Below are positions 8,558 through 16,151 of a DNA stretch of 32,000 nt, piece after piece (the stretch's first letter is position 1; the number at the start of each line of letters is the position of its first letter). The stretch covers positions 210,001 through 242,000 of the forward strand of contig NC_014034.1 in assembly GCF_000021865.1 (NCBI RefSeq). Reading direction: 5' to 3'. The notes below the pieces were generated by a model. That model did not search any database and had not been told where the DNA came from. It worked only from the letters and a program-made list of their open reading frames with translations. The stretch comes from Rhodobacter capsulatus SB 1003. GTDB taxonomy: Bacteria; Pseudomonadota; Alphaproteobacteria; Rhodobacterales; Rhodobacteraceae. Made by a program: the position numbers and the translations under genes.

Positions 8558-9898
8558 TCAGATATTTCTGCCGTCCACCAATATCCCGTGTTTGCGCGCG
8601 ATTTCCAGCTTTATCAGCGCGATGTCATACTTCAGCCCGGCCTGCGCATGGGCCATCTGCGCATGGCTTTCATACATGCTCACGAGATCCATCAGCGACC
8701 GCCGCCCCATCTTGTATTGCTCGGTGAACATCTCCAGCCCGGCGGCGGTCTCCGCCACCACCGCGCCGTCGCGGGCCTCGCGCGCTTCCAGCGCGGCGAT
8801 CTTGGCGCGCAGCGCCGCCACGTCCTGCGCCTCGGTCTGTTCGGTCCGCGCCACCCGGGCCGCGGCGGCCTCGCGCGTGGCCTCGACCGCTTCCAGCTGC
8901 GCTTTCGTGCCGAAGCCCAGCATCTGGTCGATGCCGAGCGTCAGGCCGATGTCGCTGTCGCCGCTGCCGGTGCGGGCCTCGGCGCCCAGCTTCGGCAGAT
9001 GACCGGCGCGGTTGATCCGCGCCTCGGCCTCGGCCCGTTCCGCCTCGGCGCGCGATTTCGTCACCGAAAGCGCCCCGGGCAGGGGCTCGGGCAGGGCCAG
9101 GTCGTTCATCCCGGCAAGCCCGTCGAGCGGCGCCGAGGTCATCGCGCGCAGCTGCGCCATCGCCGCCGCCGCCGTGTCGCGATCGGCCTGCGCCGTCGCC
9201 TGCATCTCGGAGAGCTTTTGCGCCAGCACCCGGGCCTCGGTGCCATCCGACAGCCCGCCTTCGACGCGGATCTGCATGATCTCGTTGAAATCGCCCAGTT
9301 TCGCCACCGAACGATCCGCCACCGCCGCCTGTTCGCGCGCCTTCAGCGCATTGACATAGGCCTTCAGCCCCTCGGCCACGGTGTCGTTCATCTCGGCCGA
9401 AAGCGAGACCGCCGCCACTTCGACATCGGCCGCCGCCGCCTCGCGCTCGGCCCGTTTCGCGCCATTGTCCCACAGGGTCTGGTTGATCAGCAGCTCGGCC
9501 GCCAGATCGCCCAGCCGCGTCAGGCTGAGGCTGGGCCCGATCCGCGGCAGCCAGTTCTTCGAGGTCGCCTGCGCCGTCAGCCGCGCCACCCGCAGCTCCG
9601 CCTTGGCAGAGCCCTTGGCATCGCGCAGCACCGCCTCGGCCACCTGCGCATAGGGGCCCGACCCGGGCAGCACCGACACCCGGCCCGCCAGCTCGGCGAT
9701 GATCGCCGAGGTGTCGACCGTCGTTCCGGACTTGCCCGCGACCAGCGTGGCCGTCGCAGGAGAGAAGGCCGAGCGGCCGGTGGGGAAGGGGGTCCCCTCC
9801 ATACAGCCGCTCGCCATCATCGCAATCAGTGCCGCCGCCGACATCCGGGCCACGGGGAGGGCCCGGAAAAGCGGCGCGAAGCTGCCGTTCCGGGTCAT
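8558..9898 (-). CDS. TolC-family outer membrane channel protein of the T1SS
   Basis: Track ORF of 446 aa, located between the substrate and ABC genes. Ala/Leu/Glu/Gln-rich coiled-coil repeats are typical of TolC-like proteins. The N-terminal signal has a possible lipobox (AMMASGC). Confidence 0.75.
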   Translation of the reverse strand: MTRNGSFAPLFRALPVARMSAAALIAMMASGCMEGTPFPTGRSAFSPATATLVAGKSGTTVDTSAIIAELAGRVSVLPGSGPYAQVAEAVLRDAKGSAKAELRVARLTAQATSKNWLPRIGPSLSLTRLGDLAAELLINQTLWDNGAKRAEREAAAADVEVAAVSLSAEMNDTVAEGLKAYVNALKAREQAAVADRSVAKLGDFNEIMQIRVEGGLSDGTEARVLAQKLSEMQATAQADRDTAAAAMAQLRAMTSAPLDGLAGMNDLALPEPLPGALSVTKSRAEAERAEAEARINRAGHLPKLGAEARTGSGDSDIGLTLGIDQMLGFGTKAQLEAVEATREAAAARVARTEQTEAQDVAALRAKIAALEAREARDGAVVAETAAGLEMFTEQYKMGRRSLMDLVSMYESHAQMAHAQAGLKYDIALIKLEIARKHGILVDGRNI

Positions 9899-9908
9899 CG
9901 GGGCACCG

Positions 9909-12656
9909 TCAGATCGTGACGTTGGTGATCGAGTCGTCGATCAGGATGCGGTGTCCCTCGTCTCCCAGCGTGTAGATGCTGTAGCTGTGCCCGTCGATCG
10001 ACGCCGTCGCGCCGGTGTCGGTGGCGCCCAGCGCGGTGACCCGGTCGTTGGCATCGCCGCGCACGATCAGGTCATTGTCGCCGCCGGTCAGCGATTGCAG
10101 CTGCTCGGCGGTGATCGTCAGATCGACCGAGGCGTGATGCAGGTCGATCGAGCCGAAGTCGAACCGGCTCAGCCCGCTGTTGTCCAGATCCATCGTCACG
10201 CTGCCGTTCGGGCTGACGACCAGCAGGGTCGACATCTCGTTTCCGGCGGTATCGCTGTCGGTGACGACAAGGAACTGCCCATCCGGCACCCGGTTGAACG
10301 AATAGTATTCGTCCTCGCTCGGCGTGCTCATCGGCTCGCTGTCGCGCATCAGGGTGACGGTGCCATCCGCCGCGACGGTTTCGATCACGTAGTGATCTCC
10401 CTCGCTGACATCGGCGTAAAGGCCGCGGGTGCCGTTGCCGTTATTGGTGACATCGCCGATCACCGGCGCATCCGGCGTCACCAGATCATAGCTGAAGCTG
10501 CCCGAGGTCGTCGCGGTGTTCTGCGCCGCATCGGTGGCCACGGCCGTGTAGCTCATCGCGCCCGAGCCGCCCGGCAGGTCGGCCGCGGTGAAAACCGCGG
10601 TCCAGGTCCCGTCGCCCTGGGCGGTGACGGTGCGGACGGCGCCGTTTTCCAGCGTCACCGCGACCGTCGCCCCGGGTTCGACCGTGCCCGAGATCGCAAA
10701 GCCCGTCTGCGCCTCGGACCGGTTCACCACGTTGTCGTTCGTCACCGTGCTGAAGGCATGGAAGTTGCGCACCAGCGGATCGACATCGATCAGACTGGTC
10801 TGGGTCGCGGTGTTGCCATAGGGATCGGTGGCGTTCACCGTCAGCTGCAGGTTGTTCGTCTCGGTCGTCGGCAGGTCCGAGGCCGGGATCTGCGCCGACC
10901 AGCTGCCGTCCGAATTCACCGAGGCGAGGACGATCCGGCCCGAGGCCAGCTGCACGGTGACGACCGATCCGGCCTCGACGGTGCCCTCGATCAGAAGTCC
11001 TCCCGCGGCCTCGGCGCCGTTCACCACGCCGTCGGTGCCGGGGGTGTCGGTCCAGTGCGACAGCGGCGAGACTTCGGTGTCGACATCGATCAGATGCGTC
11101 TGCGTCGCGGTATTGCCCGCAAGGTCGGTCGCGGTGACCGTGGCCTCGCCGGTATAGGTGCCCGCAGCATATTCGCCCGCGCTGAAGGCGGCGCTCCAGC
11201 GGCCCTGCGCATCGGCGGTCACGCTGCGCGAGCCGGTGCCGAACTGCACCAGCACCGTGGCCCCGGCCTCGGCCGTGCCGGTCAGCACCAGATCGCCCGC
11301 GGCGCGTTCGGCCTGGTTCACCAGATCATCCCCGCCCGCCAGATTGGCATCGAAGCGGACACTGGTTTCGGTATCCACCGCCAGCGTGTCGGTCAGGGTG
11401 GTGACGTTGCCGTGGATGTCGGTCGCGGTGACCAGCATGCCCTTGGTATAGGTGCCCTCCGGCAGGTCGGAGGTCGGGAAGGTCACGTTCCAGCCGCCGT
11501 CGCCGCCGACGGTGGTGGTCTGTTCATGGCCGTCGATGACGACACGGATCGTCGCCCCGGGCTCGCTGGTGCCGCGGATGGTGATGCCATCGGCATGTTC
11601 GCTGGCGTTTTCGATGTCGCCGGTCGATTGCGCGCCTTCGGTGATCGCCACCGGCGGACGGGTCATGTCGATCAGGTAATCGGGGCCGTCAAGATTGTAG
11701 ACGGCGCCGCCGGGCGCGGTGACCACCACGCTCGAGGAATAATCGCCATCCGCCGGGAAGGTCGAGCCGGTGAAGGTCACCGACCAGGTGCCGCTGGCGC
11801 CGACGGTGGCCGTCATGGTTTCGCCGCCCAGCGTCACCACCACGGTCGAGCCGGTTTCGCCGGTGCCCGACACCGTCGCCGAGGCTTCGGTGTTGGTGGT
11901 CAGCGTCGCCGGATCGCGCTCATCGACGGTGGGCGTCGGATGCGTGGGCTCGGTCGGATCGGTCGGGTCCGTGGGATCGGTCGGGTCCGTGGGATCGGTC
12001 GGATCCGTGGGATCGGTCGGGTCCGTGGGATCGGTCGGATCCGTGGGATCGGTCGGGTCCGTAGGATCGGTCGGGTCCGTCGGGTCCGTGGGATCGGTCG
12101 GATCCGTGGGATCGGTCGGGTCCGTGGGGCTGGTGGGATCGGTCGGACCGCTGTCGCCGCCGCCGGACAGACCCAGGCCGGCCAGACCGGCCGCAGCCCA
12201 GCCCAGCGGGCCGAGTGCCAGCGCGGCCGGGGCAAAATTGGCCATGCCGGTGACATCATCCCCGGCCGGGCCCAGGACGTCATCGCCGTCCAGGAAGGCC
12301 AGCTGTTCGTTCGGGCTCCATTTCCCCATCACTTCGGGGGTGCCGTAATCGGCATAGATCACCCCGTTGCCGCCCTCTTCAAGCGCCACCGCGGTCAGTT
12401 CCCCGTCCGAAGAGATGTAAAGTTCGCCATGTGCGGGATAGAACCCGGACAAGGTGATGGTGCGCCCGTCGACCAGAATGATCTGGAGGTCGTCGCCGTC
12501 CCGCATATATTTCAGGATGCTGGTCTTGCTCAGGTTCAGCGAAATCTCGTCGCCAGCCCCAACCTGAACGAAATCGCTTGCGCCTTCTCCGGCGACAAAG
12601 CCACGGGAAATACCGCCCATAGTATCACGGACGGCAAAGTCGACAGACTTCACCAT
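9909..12656 (-). CDS. Large repetitive T1SS-secreted adhesin (BapA/Lap-like), 915 aa
   Basis: Track ORF; ATG with GGAG about 8-11 nt upstream. The N-terminus resembles a BapA prefix-like domain (...[23 protein letters not shown]...). A Gly/Ala hydrophobic segment and a (PTD)n linker follow. Then come five ~95-aa Ig-like repeats (e.g. [34 protein letters not shown]...[20 protein letters not shown]). The C-terminus resembles the VC_A0849-type T1SS target domain (...[23 protein letters not shown]...[29 protein letters not shown]). No Sec signal peptide. Confidence 0.85.
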   Translation of the reverse strand: MVKSVDFAVRDTMGGISRGFVAGEGASDFVQVGAGDEISLNLSKTSILKYMRDGDDLQIILVDGRTITLSGFYPAHGELYISSDGELTAVALEEGGNGVIYADYGTPEVMGKWSPNEQLAFLDGDDVLGPAGDDVTGMANFAPAALALGPLGWAAAGLAGLGLSGGGDSGPTDPTSPTDPTDPTDPTDPTDPTDPTDPTDPTDPTDPTDPTDPTDPTDPTDPTDPTDPTDPTDPTEPTHPTPTVDERDPATLTTNTEASATVSGTGETGSTVVVTLGGETMTATVGASGTWSVTFTGSTFPADGDYSSSVVVTAPGGAVYNLDGPDYLIDMTRPPVAITEGAQSTGDIENASEHADGITIRGTSEPGATIRVVIDGHEQTTTVGGDGGWNVTFPTSDLPEGTYTKGMLVTATDIHGNVTTLTDTLAVDTETSVRFDANLAGGDDLVNQAERAAGDLVLTGTAEAGATVLVQFGTGSRSVTADAQGRWSAAFSAGEYAAGTYTGEATVTATDLAGNTATQTHLIDVDTEVSPLSHWTDTPGTDGVVNGAEAAGGLLIEGTVEAGSVVTVQLASGRIVLASVNSDGSWSAQIPASDLPTTETNNLQLTVNATDPYGNTATQTSLIDVDPLVRNFHAFSTVTNDNVVNRSEAQTGFAISGTVEPGATVAVTLENGAVRTVTAQGDGTWTAVFTAADLPGGSGAMSYTAVATDAAQNTATTSGSFSYDLVTPDAPVIGDVTNNGNGTRGLYADVSEGDHYVIETVAADGTVTLMRDSEPMSTPSEDEYYSFNRVPDGQFLVVTDSDTAGNEMSTLLVVSPNGSVTMDLDNSGLSRFDFGSIDLHHASVDLTITAEQLQSLTGGDNDLIVRGDANDRVTALGATDTGATASIDGHSYSIYTLGDEGHRILIDDSITNVTI
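11928..12146 (-). repeat. In-frame 9-bp tandem repeat encoding (Pro-Thr-Asp)n
   Basis: Hand parse gives PTD-PTS-(PTD)x19[10 protein letters not shown] (adhesin aa 171-243). At DNA level, 18-bp units GGGATCGGTCGGGTCCGT and GGGATCGGTCGGATCCGT alternate, giving a ~36-bp higher-order period. Confidence 0.95.
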
Positions 12657-12813
12657 TATACTGCTCCGCCTCGAACATGACCCGGCTCTTTTGGCCGGCT
12701 TCTAACTGCTGTATTTCGAATACCTCAAAATTGACACAATGACTAGCGATAACTCAGACGGCCTGAACAGATTTGGCTTGCAGAAGCCCGTTATTGCTGT
12801 GTTTTCGCAACAC
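12657..12813 (-). promoter_or_regulatory. AT-rich upstream region of the adhesin operon, with a 13-bp palindrome
   Basis: This is the only AT-rich stretch for kilobases. It lies between the NUDIX stop (12814) and the adhesin ATG (12656). Palindrome GTATT-TCG-AATAC at 12711-12723. I could not place confident -35/-10 boxes. Confidence 0.4.
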
Positions 12814-13257
12814 TCAGCCCAGATTTCGCAGAACTTTCGCCATAAAGTGCCGGTCGCCGGAATTGCTCAGCGCGGCCAGCGCCTCGGCGCCCGACATCCA
12901 GAAGGCGGTATGGCCGGGTTCGCTCGGCGGGCCGCGGCGCAGCGCGGGCCGCGCCAGATAGATGTGGCAGACCTTTTCCGCCCAGCGGTCGTATTCCGGC
13001 ATGTAGGTGAAGCGCCGATAGGCCCCCAGCCGCCGATGCCCGGTGATCGACCAGCCCGTCTCCTCGAACACCTCGCGGTTCAGCGCCGTCAGCGCGCCCT
13101 CGCCCGGATCGATGCCGCCGCCGGGCAGCTGGAATTCGGGCTTCGGCTCGGCCTGATGCGTCAGCAGGAAACGGTCGCCCCGCATCAGCACCGCATAGGC
13201 CCCCGGCCGCAGCCTGTAGCGCTGCCCCGCCACCACCTGTTCGCCAAACCGCCGCAT
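12814..13257 (-). CDS. NUDIX hydrolase (147 aa)
   Basis: In-frame ATG at 13257 within track ORF 12814-14283 (MRRFGEQVVAG...). NUDIX box GGGIDPGEGALTALNREVFEETG. Confidence 0.8.
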   Translation of the reverse strand: MRRFGEQVVAGQRYRLRPGAYAVLMRGDRFLLTHQAEPKPEFQLPGGGIDPGEGALTALNREVFEETGWSITGHRRLGAYRRFTYMPEYDRWAEKVCHIYLARPALRRGPPSEPGHTAFWMSGAEALAALSNSGDRHFMAKVLRNLG

Positions 13258-13350
13258 TTTCGCACATCCTCTGTTGGGGGAACCGGTTGCCCCGCCTATA
13301 TAGGCACGGTATGCCAGCCCAAGGGCTGCTCGAAAACCCCCGGGAACCAG

Positions 13351-14364
13351 ATGACACCGCTTTCGCAAATCGCTTGGGACGATACCGTCCTGCCGTTCCA
13401 ACTTGACCGCTCGGATGTGCGCGGCCGCATCGCCCGCCTGGATGGCGTGCTGGAAGACGTGCTGCGCCAGCACGATTACCCGGCCGTGGTCGAGGGGCTG
13501 GTGGCGGAGATCGCCCTGCTCACGGCGCTGATCGGGCAGACGATGAAACTGCGCTGGAAGCTCTCGCTGCAGGTGCGCGGCAAGGGGCCGATCCGGATTC
13601 TGGCCACCGATTATTACGCCCCCGAGACCGAGGGCGGCCCCGCCCGCATCCGCGCCTGGGCCAGTTTCGACCCGGCCCGGCTGGAGGAAGACGCCGATCC
13701 CTTCGGCCAGATCGGCGAGGGCTATCTGGCGGTGATGATCGATCAGGGCGAGGGGACGCTGCCCTATCAGGGCATGACGCCGCTCGCCGGTGGCGCGCTT
13801 TCGGCCTGTGCCGAGACCTATTTTGCCCAGTCCGAACAGCTGCCGACCCGGTTCCAGCTCGCCTATGGCCGCTCGACCGAGGCCGGTCAGGCCGAACGCT
13901 GGCGGGCCGGTGGCGTGATGCTGCAGATGATGCCCTCCTCGCCCATTGCCGCGCGCGAAGGCTCGGGCGAGGGCGGTCTGCTGCGCCATGCCGACATTCT
14001 GGCCGGGGCCGAGGACGAGAACTGGACCCGGGCCAATGTGCTGCTCGATACGGTCGAGACGATGGAGCTGATCGGCCCCTCGGTCGGGTTGACGAACCTG
14101 CTGGTGCGGCTCTTCAACGAGGAAGTGCCGCGGGTCTATGATCCGGTGCCGGTGCGGTTCGGCTGCACCTGCTCGGCCGATCGGGTGCGCACCAGCCTGT
14201 CGATCTATTCCGCCCGCGATCTGCGCCACATGACCACCGCCGAGGGCACGGTGACCGCCGATTGCCAGTTCTGCGGGGCGCATTACGTGTTCGATCCGCT
14301 GACGCTGGGCTTCGAGGCGGTGAAGAACCCCGATGGCAGCCCGAAAGAGGCGGCGGATGGCTGA
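13351..14364 (+). CDS. hslO: Hsp33 redox-regulated chaperone
   Basis: In-frame ATG at 13351 (residue 205 of track ORF 12739-14364; MTPLSQIAWDD...). C-terminal zinc centre CTC...CQFC (FGCTCSADRV...TADCQFCGAHY). Confidence 0.9.
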   Translation: MTPLSQIAWDDTVLPFQLDRSDVRGRIARLDGVLEDVLRQHDYPAVVEGLVAEIALLTALIGQTMKLRWKLSLQVRGKGPIRILATDYYAPETEGGPARIRAWASFDPARLEEDADPFGQIGEGYLAVMIDQGEGTLPYQGMTPLAGGALSACAETYFAQSEQLPTRFQLAYGRSTEAGQAERWRAGGVMLQMMPSSPIAAREGSGEGGLLRHADILAGAEDENWTRANVLLDTVETMELIGPSVGLTNLLVRLFNEEVPRVYDPVPVRFGCTCSADRVRTSLSIYSARDLRHMTTAEGTVTADCQFCGAHYVFDPLTLGFEAVKNPDGSPKEAADG

Positions 14365-14950
14365 CGGCTTCGCGCCCCTCCTTGCCGCTCTGGCAAGGCC
14401 GGGGCGGCCGTCGTCGGATTTCGACCTGAACCCCGGGACGGTGCTGCCCGAGGGCCGCGTGCTGCGGCCTGCGGGGGTCCTGCTGGTCTTCGAAGAGACG
14501 CCCGCGGGGCTGCGGCTTTACCTGACCAAGCGCGCCTCGCATCTGCGCCACCATCCGGGGCAGATCGCCTTTCCGGGCGGCAAGGTCGAGCCGGGCGACG
14601 CGGGCCCGGTGGCGGCGGCGCTGCGCGAGGCCGAGGAGGAAATCGGCCTGCCGCGCGGCACTGTCGAGATCCTTGGCACGCTTGATCCGCATGAGACGGT
14701 GACGGGCTTTCTGGTCACCCCGGTTCTGGCGCGGCTGAGGGCGCCCTTCACCCCGCGCCCGGACCCGTCCGAGGTCGAGGCGGTCTTCACCATTCCCTTT
14801 TCGCATCTGGTTTCGGGCCGGTTCAGGGTCGAAAGCCGCCACTGGCGCGGCGGGATGCGGCGCTATTATGTGGCGCCCTTTGGCCCGCATTACATCTGGG
14901 GCGCCACCGCGCGGATGCTGCGGGCGCTGACCGACCGGATGGGCCGATGA
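14357..14950 (+). CDS. NUDIX hydrolase, CoA pyrophosphatase-like
   Basis: ATG at 14357 (MADGFAPLL...) inside track ORF 14333-14950. It overlaps the hslO stop by 8 nt. NUDIX box PGGKVEPGDAGPVAAALREAEEEIGL. Confidence 0.8.
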   Translation: MADGFAPLLAALARPGRPSSDFDLNPGTVLPEGRVLRPAGVLLVFEETPAGLRLYLTKRASHLRHHPGQIAFPGGKVEPGDAGPVAAALREAEEEIGLPRGTVEILGTLDPHETVTGFLVTPVLARLRAPFTPRPDPSEVEAVFTIPFSHLVSGRFRVESRHWRGGMRRYYVAPFGPHYIWGATARMLRALTDRMGR

Positions 14951-16101
14951 AGATCACGGGCGACTGGCTGACGGCGGGCCATGTGCAAAAGGTGCTGGCG
15001 ATGCTGTCGGACGGCGGGCATCAGGCGCTTCTGGTCGGCGGCTGCGTGCGCAATGCGGCTCTGTTCCAGCCGGTTTCCGATATCGACATCGCCACCGATG
15101 CGCCGCCCGAACGGGTGATGGCGCTGGCAAAAGCCGCCGGGCTGAAGCCGGTGCCGACGGGGATCGAGCATGGCACGGTGACGGTGGTCGCCGATCACGT
15201 CGGCCACGAGGTCACCACCTTTCGCCGCGATGTCGAGACCTTTGGCCGTCATGCCATCGTGGCCTTCTCGACCGATCTGCGCGAAGATGCGGCGCGGCGG
15301 GATTTCACCATGAACGCGCTTTATGCGCGGGCGGATGGCACCGTGATTGACCCGTTGGGTGAGGGGCTGGCCGATCTTTCCGCGCGGCGGCTGCGCTTTG
15401 TCGGCGATCCGGCGCAGCGTATCACCGAGGATTACCTGCGCATCCTGCGGTTCTTTCGCTTCACCGCCTGGTATGGCGACCCGGACCAGGGGATGGATGC
15501 CGAAGGTTTGGCCGCCTGCGCCGCGTTTTCAGCCGGAATAGAGACGCTTTCGCGCGAACGCATCGGCCATGAGATGCGCAAGCTGCTCTCTGCCCCCGAT
15601 CCCGCCCCGGCCGTGGCGGCGATGGCGGCAAGCGGTGTGCTGGCGCAGGTTCTGCCCGGGGCCGAGGCGCGGTTTCTGGCGCCGCTCGTGCATCTGGAAG
15701 GCTCTGTTCCGGCCGATCCGCTGCGCCGTCTCGCCTGTCTGGGCGGCGAAGACCCTGCTGACCGGCTGCGGCTTTCGAAAGCCGAGGCCCGGCGGCTGGA
15801 GCGTCTGCGCGAGGCTTTGGGCGATCCGGGTTCCGACGCCGAACTGGGCTATCGTTACGGGGCCGAGACCGGCCGCGATGCGCTGCTGATCCGCTGCGCC
15901 TCTCTGGGGCAGGAAATTCCCGAATCCAGCCGGAACAGGGTCGCATTCGGTGCCGCGCAGCGCTTCCCCGTGACCGCCGCCGACCTGATGCCCAAGCATC
16001 AGGGACCGGCCCTTGGCGCGAAACTGAAGGAACTGGAACGCCGCTGGATCGCCTCTGGCTTCTCGCTTTCGCGTGAGGCGCTGCTGGGCACCGACGGCTG
16101 A
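14947..16101 (+). CDS. cca: CCA tRNA nucleotidyltransferase / poly(A) polymerase family protein
   Basis: Track ORF; ATGA overlap with the upstream gene. Motifs LLVGGCVRN, DIDIAT and RRDFTMNALY. Confidence 0.8.
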   Translation: MKITGDWLTAGHVQKVLAMLSDGGHQALLVGGCVRNAALFQPVSDIDIATDAPPERVMALAKAAGLKPVPTGIEHGTVTVVADHVGHEVTTFRRDVETFGRHAIVAFSTDLREDAARRDFTMNALYARADGTVIDPLGEGLADLSARRLRFVGDPAQRITEDYLRILRFFRFTAWYGDPDQGMDAEGLAACAAFSAGIETLSRERIGHEMRKLLSAPDPAPAVAAMAASGVLAQVLPGAEARFLAPLVHLEGSVPADPLRRLACLGGEDPADRLRLSKAEARRLERLREALGDPGSDAELGYRYGAETGRDALLIRCASLGQEIPESSRNRVAFGAAQRFPVTAADLMPKHQGPALGAKLKELERRWIASGFSLSREALLGTDG

Positions 16102-16151
16102 GCTTTCCCTTTCGGGCGTGCCCGCTATATTCGAAGCCGAAAGGACTTCCG

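Noticed and set aside
6327-9002. 891-aa plus-strand ORF across the T1SS ABC and TolC genes
   Set aside because: Antisense GC3-mirror artefact. It spans two real minus-strand genes that carry Walker A/B and ABC signature motifs. Its own translation is low-complexity Arg/Gln/Pro-rich.
11928-12146. Possible CRISPR array or non-coding satellite
   Set aside because: The period is 9 bp with no unique spacers. It is perfectly in frame inside a CDS and translates to a PTD linker. No cas genes are present.
9699-12680. 993-aa ORF on the plus strand covering the whole adhesin gene
   Set aside because: It is antisense to a gene with clear domain architecture. Its product is Arg/Gly/Ala/Val-rich with no motifs. 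It is the expected mirror ORF of a high-GC3 gene; its GSV repeat is just the complement of the PTD repeat.
12739-13350. N-terminal 204-codon extension of the hslO ORF, plus similar upstream extensions of the comF, rnhB, methyltransferase and grxC ORFs
   Set aside because: The extensions overlap real genes on the other strand or in other frames and lack homology-like sequence. Internal ATGs with plausible SD sequences give products of canonical length.
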